Shown here: positions 16,432 to 27,700 of the stretch, piece after piece
How the letters are laid out: each line of letters starts with the position of its first letter
How positions within the stretch are numbered: position 1 is the stretch's first letter
Source of the DNA: Nostoc punctiforme PCC 73102
GTDB taxonomy: Bacteria > Cyanobacteriota > Cyanobacteriia > Cyanobacteriales > Nostocaceae
Assembly: GCF_000020025.1 (NCBI RefSeq)
Contig: NC_010628.1
Coordinates: forward strand, 8,040,001-8,072,000
Reading direction: 5' to 3'
DNA length: 32,000 bases
The notes under the pieces: model-generated
What the model was told of the DNA's origin: nothing
Databases searched by the model: none
What the model saw: the letters and a program-made list of their open reading frames with translations, nothing else
Position numbers and translations under genes: made by a program

Positions 16432-17391
16432 ATGAATATCCAACAGCTGCGTCAATCCTTAAAACAAAACTGGCTGATCTACTACGAGCAAAATATTTCT
16501 TGGCTGGTCAAAATGCGAATTTGGGGCACTTACGATGGTCTGCGCCGTCCTTTGTCCGGTTTTATTTTGGCAACACTGTCTGTTTTAGAACCCCAGTTTG
16601 ATGAAATACTTGCTTTTATGCTGGATCTGAATAACGATCCAGATAAAATAGTTGCCGCTTTAGGTCTTAACTTCAATCCTGATGAAGAGTTACGTTTAAT
16701 AAAATCAGAGCATTCTATGGCTATATGCCAAGCTGAAATCGAGTCGCCAGACGAGAAGCATTCTGAGGATAAACATCTGTCATCGGTTGTAACTGCTAGC
16801 AAAATTGTGCCTAGTTCTCTTGCCAAGACTTTAGACTCCAACTTGTCACGCGCCGATCGCCTTGCGCCATTATTTACGGCTACCACAGAGGTAGATCGCA
16901 CCCGTAAACCTGAGTTAGTAGTTGCATTTGCTACTAAAATTGCTCCAGATACTCCGGTGAAAACGCCATTATCGGGTTTCTTGAACGAATATCAATCAGT
17001 ACGTAGCGACTTTGCAGCTTCTCGTCAGACATCGCCCCTTGAACGTTTTCCTTCAGGAACATCGCTGACAATGATTGCTGAAGCCAACAGCAAAGCCAAA
17101 ACTATGCCATCTGTGGCATTAGCCACCGAGGTTAAAAGCAACGCGCCATCTGTCCGAATCCCTGTAGGGGCATTGCTGGCAATTACCACTGAGATTAACA
17201 GTAGTGGTAAACCAGTGCGATCGCTAGCAATTACTACTGAGGTTAAAAGTAACGGCAAGCAACCGAATATTCAACCACAAAATGTTAAAAACAAAGTGAA
17301 TTTACCAACCACTAATGCCCGTAGTTTAGCTTCTTGGGTAGATGAATTTTGTTACGGCGCTAGAAATAAAGAAGAAGATATTTTGACTTGA
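16432..17391 (+). CDS. Hypothetical protein with a conserved-looking N-terminal domain and a low-complexity, internally repetitive C-terminal half
   Basis: The ATG at 16432 (MNIQQLRQ...) avoids the overlap with the ferredoxin ORF that the track's 16324 start implies. Internal repeats include ATEVKSN and AITTEINSSGKPVRSLAITTEVKSNGK. Confidence 0.7.
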   Translation: MNIQQLRQSLKQNWLIYYEQNISWLVKMRIWGTYDGLRRPLSGFILATLSVLEPQFDEILAFMLDLNNDPDKIVAALGLNFNPDEELRLIKSEHSMAICQAEIESPDEKHSEDKHLSSVVTASKIVPSSLAKTLDSNLSRADRLAPLFTATTEVDRTRKPELVVAFATKIAPDTPVKTPLSGFLNEYQSVRSDFAASRQTSPLERFPSGTSLTMIAEANSKAKTMPSVALATEVKSNAPSVRIPVGALLAITTEINSSGKPVRSLAITTEVKSNGKQPNIQPQNVKNKVNLPTTNARSLASWVDEFCYGARNKEEDILT

Positions 17392-17396
17392 ATTAC

Positions 17397-18392
17397 TTAT
17401 GGGTACTCGTGAGAAACAAAGGGGATTTCTATGACTTCACCCTCAGTTTCTCCCACTTTGACTTTTAAGCCTACGCCACCAGCTTTGGTGCGAATGTAAC
17501 CTAGTCCAAAATAACCATCAGCCGTTTCTGTGTAACTGGTAAGTTTGCCAACCTTTTCATCTCCCACTGCGATCGCACTTCCAACTTCCACAGGGGCACT
17601 GAGGCGGATACCCAAAAGGTGTTGTTTTACACCTTTATATGTATTTAACCGAGCAATGGTTTCTTGCCCAATATAGCAACCTTTAGTAAAAGAAATTGTC
17701 TGCCATAAACCAACTTCTAGAGGATTGTAATCATCTGTGAGTTCAGCATCTGGGGCGGGACGACCTTGTAATATTCGTAAGGCATCCCAGGCGCGATCGC
17801 TCATCTCTACCGCCCCAGCTTCTAACAATTTGTTCCACACCGAAGATTTGTCAGTATAAGGAAAAGTGAAGGTGTATCCGGGAGCCGCTAACCCACTACC
17901 CACAGCAATCCGCACCCCCTCAGCCGGAGCGATCGTGTATACTTGGTGATTACCGTAAGGTTGGCCGATGAGTTCGCCAATACCCAATTTTTCTAAAACA
18001 GCGTCGCTTCCTGGGCCAATCAGGCTGAAGGTGTTGGTGTATTCTGTAATATCAGATAATTCCACCTTATCGGCATAGAAAATATATTTATCCAGCCATT
18101 CCATGAGATATTGGCGGCGGTTGGGTGAAACTAGCAGGATTACCGCATCTTCTCTAACGTAGGCGGTTGCTAAATCAATTGTTCTAGCTGTGGAGGTGAC
18201 GAAAACCGTATCACAACCTTGTCCTGGCTTGAGTATTTGGAAATTGTTAGTACTTTGGTTGTGTAAGAAATTGAGGCGATCGTCGCCAGCCACTTTGATG
18301 CGTCCCCAGGCGGTGCGATCGCATATTGCAACCCCAACTCTGGCAGCTTGGATTGCTGCTGCGTCTTTATCGTCAATTGTAGATGTTGGCAT
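17397..18392 (-). CDS. ygfZ: YgfZ-type folate-binding protein (GcvT/aminomethyltransferase family)
   Basis: The signature KGCYIGQE is present, and the length and layout match the GcvT fold. The N-terminus reads RIKVAGDDRLNFLHNQSTN. Confidence 0.9.
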   Translation of the reverse strand: MPTSTIDDKDAAAIQAARVGVAICDRTAWGRIKVAGDDRLNFLHNQSTNNFQILKPGQGCDTVFVTSTARTIDLATAYVREDAVILLVSPNRRQYLMEWLDKYIFYADKVELSDITEYTNTFSLIGPGSDAVLEKLGIGELIGQPYGNHQVYTIAPAEGVRIAVGSGLAAPGYTFTFPYTDKSSVWNKLLEAGAVEMSDRAWDALRILQGRPAPDAELTDDYNPLEVGLWQTISFTKGCYIGQETIARLNTYKGVKQHLLGIRLSAPVEVGSAIAVGDEKVGKLTSYTETADGYFGLGYIRTKAGGVGLKVKVGETEGEVIEIPFVSHEYP

Positions 18393-18491
18393 GGTGATGA
18401 GAAGTTGCCCTGTTTTAATGTTGTTGCACTGGAAATATTAGCAAATAAGCGTTTCCGGCTTCAATGGCGAAGTACATTAGGATATCTTCTG

Positions 18492-20012
18492 CTAACCTAA
18501 CGCCGTGTGCAACTTTATCTCAAACCTATGATGTTTGACAACAAGCGGCTCTGTATCTACGCATCCTCTGGAAATATACTTTTTCAGCAACCTACCCACA
18601 ATCGAAATACCTTGTTCAATCTCCTCTGGTGAGAGACAAAAAGTTAAACGCATCGCCGGATAACCTTGCTTATCGGGAAAAAAAGCCGAACCGCACGCCA
18701 GGTAGACATTTTCTGCAAAAGCTTCGTTACGAATTGTCCCAATCGGAATATCATCTGGTAATTGTACCCAAAGAAATAATCCTCCCGTCGGAACTGTCCA
18801 CCGGATCTCTTCAGGGAAATAACGCTCCAAAGCTTGCAGCATTATATTACGACTTTGCAGATTATCTGTGCGAAGTCGGCTGAGGTGACGGCGGTAATGT
18901 CCTGAAGCGAGATATTCGCTAACTATTGTTTGCGAAATACTGGATGTGTGCAAGTCATGGAGCAACTTCTGCTCAATAATTGCTTGATAATGCTTACCTG
19001 TAACTACCATATAGCCCACTCGTAAACCAGGCATTAAAGTTTTAGAAAAGGTGCTTAAATAAGTGACCAAGTTATTTTTATCTAAAGCTTTAATTGGCGC
19101 TGGTACAGCATCAAAATTTATTCCTTCATAAGCATTATCTTCTAAAATAGGGCACTCATATTTTTCTGCTAATGCTAGTAATTCTTGACGATGATTTTGT
19201 GTTGTCGTCAATCCTGTCGGATTGTGAAAGGTACTAATCGTATAAATTAATTTCGGGCGGTGGCTGTGGAGATATTGCTCTAATAAATCTAAATTCATTC
19301 CCTCCGCAGTCATCGGAATGCCAATAATCTTGGCTCCTAAGTTTTCTAAGATAGAAATTGCACCATAATAAGTGGGAGCTTCCACAATCACCCAATCGCC
19401 AGGTTGTACATAATAATTCATCGCTAATGACAACCCTTGCTGAGAGCCATTAGTAATAATTAAATCTTCGGGAAAAACCTCTAATCCTTGATGTACTAGC
19501 ATCTGAGCAATTTGTCTGCACAGAGTTAGTTGTCCTTGAGGCATTTCATGAGGAAAAAAAATATCAGCATCATCTTGTCTTAATGCTCGTCTAGCAATCA
19601 GGTTAATATCTTTTGGTGGATGAGGATAACCGTAACCAAAATTAATCATTCCTGGCTGTGTTTGTGCTTGCACCAGTGGAGTATACATCTCATAAAAAGA
19701 ACACTTTCCTGGTTTTGTAATTATGACATTTTGGGCTGGAGCAAATTTAGATTCTAGGTTGGTGCTTTTAGGAGAAATGCTGCTGGCAAAATATCCTGAA
19801 CCTTGACGAGCAGAAACAATACCATCTGCTTCTAAAACGTTATACGCTTCAATAATCGTGAGTTTGTTAACTTGTAAACTTTCTGCCAGAGAGCGGATAG
19901 AAGGGAGGCGATCGCCACTTTTGAGTGCGCCATATTTAATCAGATGACTGATGCGATCGCGGATCTGTAAATAAATCGGTTTGGGTGACTGTCTTTCTAA
20001 CAAAATTTTCAT
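18492..20012 (-). CDS. MocR/GabR-type regulator: GntR winged-helix domain fused to a class-I aminotransferase-like domain
   Basis: The N-terminus PIYLQIRDRISHLIKYGALKSGDRLPSIRSLAESLQVNKLTI is a GntR-type HTH. The aminotransferase fold shows NPTG and the FSKTL PLP-lysine region. The ATG at 20012 (MKILLERQ) is preferred over the upstream non-ATG start. Confidence 0.9.
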   Translation of the reverse strand: MKILLERQSPKPIYLQIRDRISHLIKYGALKSGDRLPSIRSLAESLQVNKLTIIEAYNVLEADGIVSARQGSGYFASSISPKSTNLESKFAPAQNVIITKPGKCSFYEMYTPLVQAQTQPGMINFGYGYPHPPKDINLIARRALRQDDADIFFPHEMPQGQLTLCRQIAQMLVHQGLEVFPEDLIITNGSQQGLSLAMNYYVQPGDWVIVEAPTYYGAISILENLGAKIIGIPMTAEGMNLDLLEQYLHSHRPKLIYTISTFHNPTGLTTTQNHRQELLALAEKYECPILEDNAYEGINFDAVPAPIKALDKNNLVTYLSTFSKTLMPGLRVGYMVVTGKHYQAIIEQKLLHDLHTSSISQTIVSEYLASGHYRRHLSRLRTDNLQSRNIMLQALERYFPEEIRWTVPTGGLFLWVQLPDDIPIGTIRNEAFAENVYLACGSAFFPDKQGYPAMRLTFCLSPEEIEQGISIVGRLLKKYISRGCVDTEPLVVKHHRFEIKLHTALG

Positions 20013-20081
20013 TTTGGCGCACTCGTCAATGACTAAATAATCATCAATACTGGCAATATAAACTATTTCTACCAAGTTTAC

Positions 20082-20162
20082 CTAGTACAGTTGAGAGTTT
20101 TTTTACTATACCAGTTGTAATGCGGCTTAACTGTACTAGATCAAATTGTCCAAAACTGTACC
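20082..20162. promoter_or_regulatory. Candidate MocR operator: 11-bp perfect inverted repeat plus a third half-site
   Basis: ctagtacagtt (20082..20092) is the exact reverse complement of aactgtactag (20129..20139). A further aactgtacc lies at 20154..20162. All sit in the divergent intergenic region upstream of the MocR gene. Confidence 0.3.
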
Positions 20163-20228
20163 TTCTCAGTTGAAAAGTATTACGTGAAAGTAAGAGTAAC
20201 AGTTCACTGTTTATCAGGTGCTTCCATT

Positions 20229-20444
20229 ATGAATAAATTTAATTTTTTGTTAAATTTACAAAAATATTGGCAACATTTTGTCATCTGGATGGCTAGTGGT
20301 TCTGACCTCCAAGTGTGGCACGAATCAGACTGGCGTGGTAACATTTCCTCTTGGCACGCCTACGATCCGATGACAGGAAGCTCTGCCTGTTTTGGTTCTG
20401 AAGAAGAAATGCGAATTTGGATTGATAAGTGTTATTACAGATAA
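20229..20444 (+). CDS. Small Trp-rich hypothetical protein (71 aa), divergent from the MocR gene
   Basis: ORF with an ATG at 20229 (MNKFNFLL...). No family recognised. Confidence 0.4.
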   Translation: MNKFNFLLNLQKYWQHFVIWMASGSDLQVWHESDWRGNISSWHAYDPMTGSSACFGSEEEMRIWIDKCYYR

Positions 20445-20529
20445 AATCTTTTGCCAATCAATATGACAAATAGACAGTTCAGAACAAGCGATGACATTTG
20501 GAAACTTTCAATTCAGGAAAATACTGGTA

Positions 20530-22095
20530 CTAAGAGACTTTACCAAATCCGCCTCCTCCAGGAGTTTCTATCACAAAAACATCCCCAGGTTTCATCTCTA
20601 CTGTTGCTGTGCTGTCTAAATTTTCTTCAATTCCATTCTGACGTTGTATCCAGTTTCGTCCAACAATTCCGGCTTGCCCACCATTTAATCCAAAGGGAGG
20701 AATAAATCGATGTCCAGAAAGAATATTAGCTGTCATGGGTTCTAAAAAACGGATGCGGCGGATAACTCCATTACCACCAGAATATTTTCCTTTACCACCG
20801 CTATCGGGACGTAGGCTAAAGCTTTCTAAAAGTACAGGATAGCGAGTTTCTAAAACTTCTGGATCGGTCAAACGAGAGTTAGTCATGTGAGAATGAACAC
20901 CATCAGTTCCATCAAAATCAATTCCTGCCCCAGAGCCGCCGCAAATGGTTTCATAATATTGATATTGCTCATTACCAAAAGTAAAATTATTCATCGTTCC
21001 TTGAGAAGCAGCCATGACACCTAAAGCGCCATATAAAGCATCGACAATGGTTTGAGAAGTTTCTACATTACCCGCTACCACTGCTGCTGGATAAGTTGGA
21101 TTCAGCATACAGCCAACCGGAATAATAATTTCTAGAGGGTTAAGACACCCGGCATTCAGAGGAATATTATCATCAACCAAAGTCCGAAATACATATAAAA
21201 CTGCGGCTTGAGTTACAGCTTTCGGAGCATTGAAATTACTATTTAGCTGCTCAGAAGTTCCAGTAAAATCAATAGTAGCACTGCGGCTTTCTTGATGAAT
21301 TGTCACTTTTACTTTAATTCTTGCCCCATTATCCATCTCATAACTAAATGAGCCATCTTTGAGAAGATTGATAGCCTTTCTGACTGACTCCTCAGCATTA
21401 GCTTGCACAAACTTCATATAAGCTTGAACAGTCTCAATTCCATATTGTGAAATCATTTTATAAAGCTCTTGTCTTCCCCGTTTATTTGCAGCAATTTGTG
21501 CCTTAAAATCAGCAATATTTTGGTCAGGGCTACGAGCAGGATAAATATGATTTGAAAGATGCTGTCTTAGCGCGGTTTCTTGGAAATTGCCATCTTCAAC
21601 CAAGAGAAAATTATCAAAAAGAATTCCTTCTTCTTCTACTGCGGTACTGTGAGGAGGCATTGAACCAGGGGTAATTCCACCGATATCTGCTTGATGTCCA
21701 CGAGAAGCAACAAAAAATAGGGGAGTGGGGAATGAAGTATTTTCACAATTCTCTAGAAAAAGAGAAGTAATTGCAGTGACATCAGGAAGGTGGGTTCCGC
21801 CGTTATAAGGGTTATTAGATAGATAGACATTTCCTGGTTTTAGGGTGTCACCTTTATCATTAATTAAACTGCGAACACTTTCGCTCATAGAACCTAAATG
21901 TACGGGAATATGAGGGGCATTTGCTACTAATAATCCCGATGAGTCAAAAATAGCACAGGAAAAATCTAACCTTTCTTTGATATTCACAGACGTTGCTGTA
22001 TTTTGGAGAACAATTCCCATTTGTTCGGCGATAAATTGATAGAGATTTTTGAATATTTCTAAGCGGACTGGATCTGGTTGCGTTGTTGTGTACAT
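20530..22095 (-). CDS. Hydantoinase B / 5-oxoprolinase family protein (HyuB-type)
   Basis: Typical HyuB sequence throughout (NNPYNGGTHLPD, GDVFVIETPGGGGFG). Length is 521 aa. Confidence 0.92.
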   Translation of the reverse strand: MYTTTQPDPVRLEIFKNLYQFIAEQMGIVLQNTATSVNIKERLDFSCAIFDSSGLLVANAPHIPVHLGSMSESVRSLINDKGDTLKPGNVYLSNNPYNGGTHLPDVTAITSLFLENCENTSFPTPLFFVASRGHQADIGGITPGSMPPHSTAVEEEGILFDNFLLVEDGNFQETALRQHLSNHIYPARSPDQNIADFKAQIAANKRGRQELYKMISQYGIETVQAYMKFVQANAEESVRKAINLLKDGSFSYEMDNGARIKVKVTIHQESRSATIDFTGTSEQLNSNFNAPKAVTQAAVLYVFRTLVDDNIPLNAGCLNPLEIIIPVGCMLNPTYPAAVVAGNVETSQTIVDALYGALGVMAASQGTMNNFTFGNEQYQYYETICGGSGAGIDFDGTDGVHSHMTNSRLTDPEVLETRYPVLLESFSLRPDSGGKGKYSGGNGVIRRIRFLEPMTANILSGHRFIPPFGLNGGQAGIVGRNWIQRQNGIEENLDSTATVEMKPGDVFVIETPGGGGFGKVS

Positions 22096-22149
22096 GTTTG
22101 ATTCTTATTCTTTGCTAAAATTATCTACTAAAGTGATTAAAGTAGTTTA

Positions 22150-22632
22150 ATGAAGATTCGGCCTGCTACACCTGATGACGTATTACTAATTTTTTCCTTT
22201 ATCCAAAAAAAGTCTGAGTTTGATAGAAACATTGGTGCTTACTCTGGTGTACTTCAAGTTACTGAAGATAAGATACGTAAAACAATTTTTGGAACAGTAC
22301 CTTTTTCTTATGTTTTATTTGCAGAAATCTCAGAGTGTGTAGTTGGGTTTGCTTTATATGGATTTAGATACTCATCTTTTATAGGGCAACCGAGTATTTG
22401 GCTTGATGATTTGTATGTGGACGAAGATATGAGAAGTCAGGGAGCAGGAGCCGCGTTAATGAGTTATTTAGCTCAAGTTGCAAAGGACAATGACTGCACC
22501 CATTTTGCGTGGAATGCTGATGTTCGCAACAGTCGCGGACTTAATTTTTATGATAGGCTAGGTGCAAAAGTTACGGAGCAGAAAGGTAATCGCTGTTTTT
22601 TAACCTGGATACCACAAATCCTTGCTGTATAA
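22150..22632 (+). CDS. GNAT-family N-acetyltransferase
   Basis: The acetyl-CoA-binding motif RSQGAGAALM is present, with a GNAT-fold length of 160 aa. It resembles diamine N-acetyltransferases. Confidence 0.85.
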   Translation: MKIRPATPDDVLLIFSFIQKKSEFDRNIGAYSGVLQVTEDKIRKTIFGTVPFSYVLFAEISECVVGFALYGFRYSSFIGQPSIWLDDLYVDEDMRSQGAGAALMSYLAQVAKDNDCTHFAWNADVRNSRGLNFYDRLGAKVTEQKGNRCFLTWIPQILAV

Positions 22633-22637
22633 GCAGT

Positions 22638-24728
22638 TTATAGGCGCTGTAAAATTAAATGATTACATTCAGTTAATCTTGCTTGCCAATGAGGTTCCAC
22701 TACAATTGTGCTAATTTTTTCTACAACGATCGCAGGCCCATTAATACTATCTTCTGGTTGCAAATCTTCTCGCCGGTAAACAGGCGTATCATGCCATCTA
22801 TCAGCAGTAAACATCCTTACTATCTCAACTGCTTCGGGGGCTTCAACTATAGAACGTGTACGAGTAATTAAGGGTTCTTCGGGAGTCTCCATTTTCTGAA
22901 TTACTTCTACTGAAGCTGATTCAACAATTAAAGTTTTCTCTAATTGAATGAAACCATAGCGGGATTTATGTTCATCCTCAAATTCTTGCCGCATTAGTAC
23001 CACATCATCGGCAAAATTAACGGTTAAAGTAGAGTTAGTTCCTTCATATTTTAAATTTACTTTTTTGACTATTTCTACTTGACTACGCGCTTCATTTATT
23101 TCACTTCTAGCTTGAGTTTCTAAATATTCCATTAACTGGTGTAATTTAGGGATTAATGCTTGGATTAAAGGCTGTTCTACTCCTCCTTCTCTAATCGCCC
23201 TGACATCTGCTAATCCCATTCCATAGGCGGAGAAAACACCAGCATAAGGGTGAAGAAATATCTTTTTCATGCCCAAGGTATCGGCAATTAAACAAGCAAC
23301 TTGCCCGCCTGCGCCGCCAAAACAACAAAGCACATATTGGGTAACATCATAACCTCGTTGTAGACTGATTTTTTTAATTGCGTTTGCCATATTTTCTACT
23401 GCGATCGCAATAAATCCAGCCGCTACCTGTTCGGGAGTACAATGATTTAATGTAGCGCTTTGAATATCTTGAGCTAATTGGGTAAATTGCTGAATGACAG
23501 TATCTTTATCTAAAGGTAAATTGCCATCAATTCCAAAAACCGAGGGAAAATATTGTGGATAGATTTTGCCTAACATTACATTGGCATCTGTAATCGTTAA
23601 TGGCCCCCCGCGTCGGTAACAAGCAGGCCCAGGATTTGAACCAGCAGATTGAGGGCCAACACGATAACTAGAACCATCAAAAGAGAGAATTGAACCGCCT
23701 CCAGCCGCAATGGTATTAATTGCTAATACGGGAACTCGCATCCGCGCCCCAGCAATTTCTGAATCTAGTTGTCGTTCATACTCTCCTTTAAAGTGGGCAA
23801 CATCTGTACTTGTTCCTCCCATATCAAAGGTGATAACTGAGTCAAAACCGGCTCTTTTACTAGTTTGAACTGCACCGACAATACCGCCAGCCGGGCCACT
23901 CAAAATACTATCTTTGCCTTGAAATTGTTCGGCTGCGACTAAACCGCCGTCAGATTTCATAAACATTAATTTGACTCCAGGTAACTGACTCGCTACTTGG
24001 TTGACATAGCGGCGTAAAATCGGAGTTAAATAAGCATCAACTACTGTTGTATCTCCTCGGCTAACTAATTTCATTAACGGACTAACTTGATGAGATACAG
24101 ATATTTGTGTAAAGCCGATTTCTTGGGCGATTTGGGCGATTTGTTGTTCGTGTTTGGGATAGCGATCGCTGTGCATAAAAACAATAGCACAACTCCGAAT
24201 TCCTGTGTTGTAAACTGCTTGCAAGTCATTTTCGGCTTGTTGAATATTTACAGGGGTTAATTCATTCCCATAAGCATCATAACGTTCATCAATCTCAATC
24301 ACCTGCTCATAAAGCATGGTTGGTAAAACAATATGACGGGCAAAGATGTTAGGACGGTTCTGGTAGCCAATTCGCAGTGCATCTTTAAACCCTTTGGTGA
24401 TGATAAGAACAACTCTGTCACCTTTCCTCTCTAACAGCGCATTTGTTGCTACTGTTGTCCCCATTTTTACTACTTCTATCGCTTCAGTAGGAATGGGTTC
24501 ATTGCTAGAAATACCCATAATATCTCGAATTCCTTGGATGGCTGCATCTTGATATTGTTCGGGATTTTCTGAAAGCACTTTGTAGACTATAATCCATTCC
24601 TGATTAGGCAGAGTCACAATTAAAAAACGCTCAGGATGTCTTGAGAGTCTGTCTATAATTGCCTGATTATTAGTAACGGTAACAATATCTGTGAATGTAC
24701 CACCGCGATCGGCAAAAACCTTCAACAT
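22638..24728 (-). CDS. Hydantoinase A / 5-oxoprolinase family protein (HyuA-type)
   Basis: The N-terminus [14 protein letters not shown] is the standard HyuA start. An ASKHA-type DMGGTSTD motif is present. The ATG at 24728 is preferred over the track start at 24773. Confidence 0.92.
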   Translation of the reverse strand: MLKVFADRGGTFTDIVTVTNNQAIIDRLSRHPERFLIVTLPNQEWIIVYKVLSENPEQYQDAAIQGIRDIMGISSNEPIPTEAIEVVKMGTTVATNALLERKGDRVVLIITKGFKDALRIGYQNRPNIFARHIVLPTMLYEQVIEIDERYDAYGNELTPVNIQQAENDLQAVYNTGIRSCAIVFMHSDRYPKHEQQIAQIAQEIGFTQISVSHQVSPLMKLVSRGDTTVVDAYLTPILRRYVNQVASQLPGVKLMFMKSDGGLVAAEQFQGKDSILSGPAGGIVGAVQTSKRAGFDSVITFDMGGTSTDVAHFKGEYERQLDSEIAGARMRVPVLAINTIAAGGGSILSFDGSSYRVGPQSAGSNPGPACYRRGGPLTITDANVMLGKIYPQYFPSVFGIDGNLPLDKDTVIQQFTQLAQDIQSATLNHCTPEQVAAGFIAIAVENMANAIKKISLQRGYDVTQYVLCCFGGAGGQVACLIADTLGMKKIFLHPYAGVFSAYGMGLADVRAIREGGVEQPLIQALIPKLHQLMEYLETQARSEINEARSQVEIVKKVNLKYEGTNSTLTVNFADDVVLMRQEFEDEHKSRYGFIQLEKTLIVESASVEVIQKMETPEEPLITRTRSIVEAPEAVEIVRMFTADRWHDTPVYRREDLQPEDSINGPAIVVEKISTIVVEPHWQARLTECNHLILQRL

Positions 24729-24787
24729 TACTCTGTTTCCTGTATAATCATAAAAAATTACGAAATAGCTCAAATACCCGTTGTCAA

Positions 24788-27700
24788 TTAATATTCATCT
24801 ATAAATTGAGGATGAACCCAAAGAAATTCACGGCGTTTGTTTTGCACCCGCACTAGACCACCAAAACTAGGATCTTTCTCTTTTAATAAGGTGTGTAATT
24901 CTCGCAAAATTGAGCCTTGAGCGCGGATTGCATCGCCTTCCAAGAAGGAAGCATCGCTCTTGGACTTTCCAGCCAAAGCCATATCACTTCCCTTCAAAGT
25001 AGACTCGATGCTTTTCTGTCCTAAATCAAGTTGTTCTTCAATGGCTTTGTAGGTAGTATCATCCAGTATAAATTTAGTTGCCGAACCTGCCACAGGTAAG
25101 ACTAGGCTCAGGGTTCCGGTCAAAATTCTGAGATAGGGGACTGCTTTGGTGAACCACTCACGCGGTAAGTCTAATTCATAGACTCCCTTTTTCTTGTCGT
25201 TGGGATTTAAAGCTGGAAGTGGTTGACGTGCGTGTTCGCACCAGAGGGTGAGTTGAAACTTAGCACTAATCCATTTGGGGCGATCAAAAAATCCTGGTTC
25301 AATGGGTTTAAAGCTGAACAGGCGCGGGCCATCTTTCGCTTCATCGGTGAGCATCTGCATCAGTTCTGCAAACTGCTGATCGACCTGGCTTAAAATGGTA
25401 CGTTGCTCCTGAGATAATACCTGAAAGCGTGCTTGATCTAGGCGATCGTACATAACCAAATCTTTGCGGATGACGTTTAGCTCGTCTTTCACAATGTATC
25501 GGAACTGCTCAATGCCAATTTCTTGGGATGGGGGTTGAGCAGTTGGCGCGTTATTCAGCAATTGATCGATGTTTTGCCATTCGCCACACCCGGAAATGGG
25601 ACACGGGAACTCATGGCGATTTTTCTTTTTGCTTTCAATTAGTTTTTGTACCTCAAACAGTCCGTTTCCAGGGGCATTCATACCGCAAGTTTCAATGCAG
25701 GGAACCATCACATTACAACGCAATCCTTCCCAGAAATTCTCGACTAGCCATTTAATCTCTTCTGTGAGATATGACAGGAACCTTTCTGGATAAGCTGCCC
25801 GTACCGTAATTTTTACATCAGTGCCAACATATTCCAGCAATGCCCGACCGTTGTAATCATTGTCAAGCATTAAGCCCCGTTGCCAATGGATGCTGTTTTC
25901 GTAATTCGCCCGTCCCAGCGAGTATTTGTGCAACCGAACAATTAACTGGTAAAACAAACCTTCTGCTACTGCAAACTGTCCGCGACTGTCCACAATGCGG
26001 CAGATTTGCACCTGTTGTCTATCTCCCGCTTCTGGTTGCTCTCCCCAATTGGGCAATGGCTCCGGGCGTGTGTCGGGAACGAGTTGAGCAATTAGGCTGG
26101 TATTGCTAGTTTCTGACGGATCGAAAACCACTTTGTAGGATAGATCAAAGCGTTCCATCAGCCGCAGAAAGATTGGATGCAATTTTGGGGGGTAGCCTTC
26201 TTCGCCTGCAAATGGCGGATGGCTCCACAACTGGCTGAGATGTTTAAATTCCACTAAACCGTTGCGTTTGCGTGTTGTTTCATCATCTAGCACGAAGCTG
26301 ATCGCCTTTGCCAGCCAATCGGGTTTGAGAATGACGATATCGCGTAGTGTTGGGTCGTAATGGTAATGGATGAAATGCCCTAATATATGGGAGATGCGAA
26401 GAAACAGTTCTGCTTGCTCCTCATCGATTCCCTGTTCAGCGCAGATGGTAATGACATCATCGTAGGGGAGATAGGCTTTGTCACTTGTCTGTAAAGTTTC
26501 CCGCACCTGTTGCCACTTTGCTGGAACGGAACGCCCCATTTCGGGAAGAGATGCAGCGACACGAGCAATAGTATCTTTTAATTCTGCAAGACCAGCGCAA
26601 TCCGTCGTATCCTGGTTGGGTTTGCTGTCTACATGGAAGAAATCGATTACCGTATCTTTGCCGAATTGATCCAGAATTTCTTGTCTGTCAATGTCCGGTT
26701 GTCGCTGTCCGGGGCCGCCGTGGGTTGCGACGACCAACACCTTTGCATCTGGTTCTCGATTTTTGATCAGCGTAATCCACTCTTTGACAAAGCCCTGCTG
26801 GGGACCTTCCCGTGGCTTCCAGATCACCAGATACACGGCTGGGGCACTGAAAAACAACTGGTGCGTCGGTCGATAAACCCGTTGACCGCCAAAATCCCAA
26901 CCATTGAGTGATATCTCTGTGCCACTGTCGGGATCGGTGACGATTACAGATTTAATTTCAATCCCGTGAGTCGTGGGGCGACCATCCTCCCATTCATCTC
27001 CCCGCAATGCTCCCAACAGACAACTTTTGCCCACCTCACCCTCACCAATTAGGATCAGTTTGGCTTCATTCAGCGTCACCTGTGCTTCTGATCTTGCCCG
27101 CAGGTATTGCAAGACTGCTTCAGTGCCTTGTTCGTAGGCAGCAGCAAGATCAGGATTGAGGGGATTGTGGTCAAGCTGGATATCGTCCAGGTGAGGAAGT
27201 TGCCCTAGCGATGCTGGCAAGTCGGTTAGACAGTTGCTTCCTAGATAGAGTTCTTCCAACTGTGGGAATTCATTCAGCCAGTCAGGCAAAAAATGCAGTT
27301 CACAGTTATTTGCCCAAATCCTCCGAATTTGCTTAATTCGTTGAATGCATGGAGGAAGTTTGCTCAGTGGATTACCACCATCATCAGCTCCTAAAATGAT
27401 AAATTCTAAACTTTGGAGTTTATCCAGTGATTTAGGAAGTTCCGAAATTTGGTTGCCACCAATGCTGAGTATTTCTAATACATGCAGATCACAAATCCAT
27501 GAAGGAATTACTTCTAAATCGTTTGCGTAAATATATAATTCTTTCAACCCTTTCAGTTCTTTTATGACTGATGGAACTTGTCTGAGTAGATTACTTCCAC
27601 AATCAAATATCTCTAAATACAGTAGGCGACTTAATGAATTTGGCAGTTCCGTTAATTCGTTGTGGGAGAGGTCAAATGATTGTAACTGAGTCAGGGATGC

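Noticed and set aside
20451-20705. 84-aa plus-strand ORF
   Set aside because: It overlaps the 3' end of hyuB in antisense, has a non-ATG start, and shows no motifs.
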